In this document: in pieces, positions 61,893 to 64,000 of the stretch
How the letters are laid out: every line of letters starts with the position of its first letter
Position numbering within the stretch: position 1 is the first letter of the stretch
Assembly: GCA_041658665.1 (NCBI GenBank)
Contig: JBAZZR010000001.1
Span: 64,576-128,575, forward strand
Length of the DNA: 64,000 nucleotides
Origin: Patescibacteria group bacterium
Lineage (GTDB): Bacteria; Patescibacteriota; Patescibacteriia; Patescibacteriales; UBA12465
Direction: 5' to 3'
The notes under the pieces: model-generated
The model's database searches: none
Told to the model about the DNA's origin: nothing
Seen by the model: only the letters and a program-made list of their open reading frames with translations
Program-made: the position numbers and the translations under genes

Positions 61893-64000
61893 ATGTTACC
61901 TTTTTTAATACTAAAAAAGAAAACTAAAGTGGCTAAGTTTAAAAAAAATATAATTTTTATTTTATTTATAATTATATTTTTTTGGTCTTTTATATTTATC
62001 AAACCGGTGTTTGCACAAATGGCAACAGCTGAAGCGACCTCTATCCCGCAGCAAGTTTGGCAATTTTTAGTCAAAAGTTGGGACGTCGCTTCAGATGCCG
62101 TTCAAAAAGCGGGTTCCATCGCGTTTCAAAGAACTTTAGCCTCTACTTTAAATAAAATAGCTTACGATTCGGCGAATTATATCGGTTCGGGTGGTAAAGG
62201 TCAGAAACCTCTTTATGTGACCTCTAATTTAAATGATTATTTAAACCAAATTAGCGATGAAGCCGGTGGGCAGTTTATTGAGAGTTTTGTGAATAATTTA
62301 AATGCGCCCGACCAGAACATGACTTGCCAAAATAAATACAATAAGAATGTGAAGTTTTGTGCAGATTCCGCTAAAAATACTGACGAAAATGGTGTTAGTA
62401 GTAATACCGATTACGAATTTTATACCAATTGTGTAACTAGAGCCGATGAGGAGGCTACGCGTTGTGCTGCTAAAACCGCTAATTCCAGTAACGCGGGTAA
62501 TATTACCCCTTCTTTTAATGTTTGTAGTCCTTCTTCGGTTGAAGCGAAACTGCGAATAAGTTTAGGTTTAATTGAACAGAATCGTCCTAAGGGTCCGGAT
62601 TGTACCTATACGGAGATGATTAAAAGTTGGGAAACGGATGCTCTTAAAAAGATGGCGGATTTACGCAATCCGAAATTTTTAGATAATTTTGCGAGTATTT
62701 TCGCACCGCAGTCTAATGATTTAGGAATTTATTTGACGGCTAAAGCCGATATGGCTGGCCAAAAGACTTTTAAGGCAGAGGCTAATAAAAATCAGTATGT
62801 TGCTGGCAGCGGTTGGTTAGATGTGCGGGATATTGCTGGCACTATTCAGGGCGTTCCGGGCGAAGCGCGGCAGGAAGCGGAACAGGCCGCGAAAGCTCGG
62901 CAAGAAGCGCTCGGAAAGACAACGGGCGATATTATGGTAGACGCCGCTAATCTCTTTTTAAATCAACTTTATATTTCTTCTTTTAATAATTTGATGCAGC
63001 AGCTGACGACTAAGTCGAAATCAAATAATAATTCCAGTGTGCAGTCGCCGGAGTCTAGCCCGCAATATGGAGAAAATGCTTTAAAGGAAGCGACCAGTAA
63101 ATTATTGAAAACTAATTTCGGGGTTCGGGCTAATTATGATGTTCTATCTGATTTAGCAATTTGTCCTGATCCGAAAAATCCGGCGCCCGATAATTGTGTT
63201 ATCAATGATACTTTCATGCAGGCGGTGACGGAGAGAAAAACTGTGGCTGAGGCGATTAAAGAAGGTTCTTTGCCCGGCGATTGGCAGTTTACTAATGATG
63301 AAGCAGGCGATAGTTATCATAGTAGTTATTCGGTCCGTAATATTACCATATTAGTAAAATATCGAATTTTACCTTTAGGCTGGGCCGAAGCCGCCCGCTT
63401 AGTAACTTTGCCGAAGACGGGACAAAAAGCGACTTTAAATGATTTAGTTTCTTGTTTTGATCCTTTAGATAGTTACGCTGAATATAGTGAGGGTTTTAAC
63501 AAAGGGCAGACGGATTGGTGTACGGGTTTAGTTGATCCTAATTGGGTTTTAAAAGCGCCTCTGAGTTATTGTAAAAAATCTGGTTTTAGCGCGCAAATCT
63601 TGATGCAGAATAATATTCCGTCTTATGAGACTAATGTATCTAGCACTTTAAGTGTTTCTCGCGGTGAAGATTACTGCGCCGACAGTGAAACTTGTATTAA
63701 AGAAAAAGGCGACGGTAGTTGCGAATATTATGGTTATTGTAATGAAGAAAAAAGGACCTGGAGTTTTGACGCTGACTCTTGCGAGCCGCTTAATAATACT
63801 TGTCAGAATTTTTCTAATACTACTAGCGGGCAGTCGGCGGCTTATTTAGAAAATACTTTAGATTATACTAATTGTAATAGCGGTAGCGCCGGTTGTCGTC
63901 AGTATTCTTGGTTTGGTACTTATTCAACCTCTAGCGCTAAAGTTAGTTGGGATAGTTCTCGTAGCTGGTATTTTAATAAAACTTTAGCGACTTGTAGCCA
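61893..64000 (+). CDS. large secreted or anchored Cys-containing protein, 3'-truncated by the window edge (more than 702 aa)
   Basis: I translated it by hand from the ATG at 61893 to position 64000 and found no stop codon. N-terminal hydrophobic anchor NIIFILFIIIFFWSFIFI. It is absent from the supplied ORF track because no stop falls in the window. Confidence 0.7.
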   Translation, partial: MLPFLILKKKTKVAKFKKNIIFILFIIIFFWSFIFIKPVFAQMATAEATSIPQQVWQFLVKSWDVASDAVQKAGSIAFQRTLASTLNKIAYDSANYIGSGGKGQKPLYVTSNLNDYLNQISDEAGGQFIESFVNNLNAPDQNMTCQNKYNKNVKFCADSAKNTDENGVSSNTDYEFYTNCVTRADEEATRCAAKTANSSNAGNITPSFNVCSPSSVEAKLRISLGLIEQNRPKGPDCTYTEMIKSWETDALKKMADLRNPKFLDNFASIFAPQSNDLGIYLTAKADMAGQKTFKAEANKNQYVAGSGWLDVRDIAGTIQGVPGEARQEAEQAAKARQEALGKTTGDIMVDAANLFLNQLYISSFNNLMQQLTTKSKSNNNSSVQSPESSPQYGENALKEATSKLLKTNFGVRANYDVLSDLAICPDPKNPAPDNCVINDTFMQAVTERKTVAEAIKEGSLPGDWQFTNDEAGDSYHSSYSVRNITILVKYRILPLGWAEAARLVTLPKTGQKATLNDLVSCFDPLDSYAEYSEGFNKGQTDWCTGLVDPNWVLKAPLSYCKKSGFSAQILMQNNIPSYETNVSSTLSVSRGEDYCADSETCIKEKGDGSCEYYGYCNEEKRTWSFDADSCEPLNNTCQNFSNTTSGQSAAYLENTLDYTNCNSGSAGCRQYSWFGTYSTSSAKVSWDSSRSWYFNKTLATCS

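Noticed and set aside
1-64000. I searched the window by eye for rRNA genes, CRISPR arrays, transposases, integrases, restriction-modification genes and known defence-system genes.
   Set aside because: I recognised none. The only toxin-type domain is the Fic protein, and no repeat-spacer arrays or IS-like terminal repeats with transposase ORFs are visible.

Overview
This is an AT-rich bacterial chromosomal window that reads cleanly in the standard genetic code. I infer a Patescibacteria/CPR-like small genome. That inference rests on compact housekeeping genes, a fermentative module of 2-oxoacid:ferredoxin oxidoreductase plus ADP-forming acetyl-CoA synthetase, VirB2-like pilin-domain proteins, many orphan secreted proteins, and core genes with TGnTATAAT promoters and no Shine-Dalgarno (SD) sequence.

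The recognisable core genes are gpmA, yebC, ruvC, a glgA/GH57/kinase glycan cluster, a CDF transporter, ftsK, an ECF sigma/anti-sigma-like pair, murE, rpoB, rpoC, a GT2/TPR-membrane/murJ envelope cluster, lepA, recJ, rnhA, xth, leuS, rsmA and tRNA-Ala(UGC).

The stand-out feature is a ~6.3 kb accessory island at 19.33-25.64 kb. It begins with a consensus sigma70 promoter that drives about 0.8 kb of GC-rich, hairpin-dense, ORF-free sequence, which I call a candidate large structured RNA. A small basic ORF follows. Two same-strand type III hammerhead ribozymes then sit inside a repeated composite RNA module that shows compensatory base changes. The island also holds a divergent sigma-70-like/HTH protein, four orphan proteins, repeated double-hairpin terminator modules and an inverted-repeat-flanked internal promoter. 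Island ORFs carry strong AAGGAG ribosome-binding sites, whereas neighbouring core genes have none.

A second unusual locus lies at 50.8-56.8 kb. It is a single tightly coupled minus-strand operon in which the porG/D/A/B genes are interleaved, with ATGA overlaps, with two paralogous cysteine-rich VirB2-like pilin-domain proteins. The operon is headed by a DsbA-like protein with a CPYS (CxxS) active site.

Other notes:
- An atypical tRNA-like gene lies inside nested inverted repeats.
- The Fic promoter is nearly leaderless and contains a tandem 11-nt repeat.
- An M23 peptidase has an open upstream frame with no canonical start codon.
- A >700-aa secreted protein runs off the 3' edge and is missing from the ORF track.

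I found no rRNA, CRISPR array, transposase or integrase.
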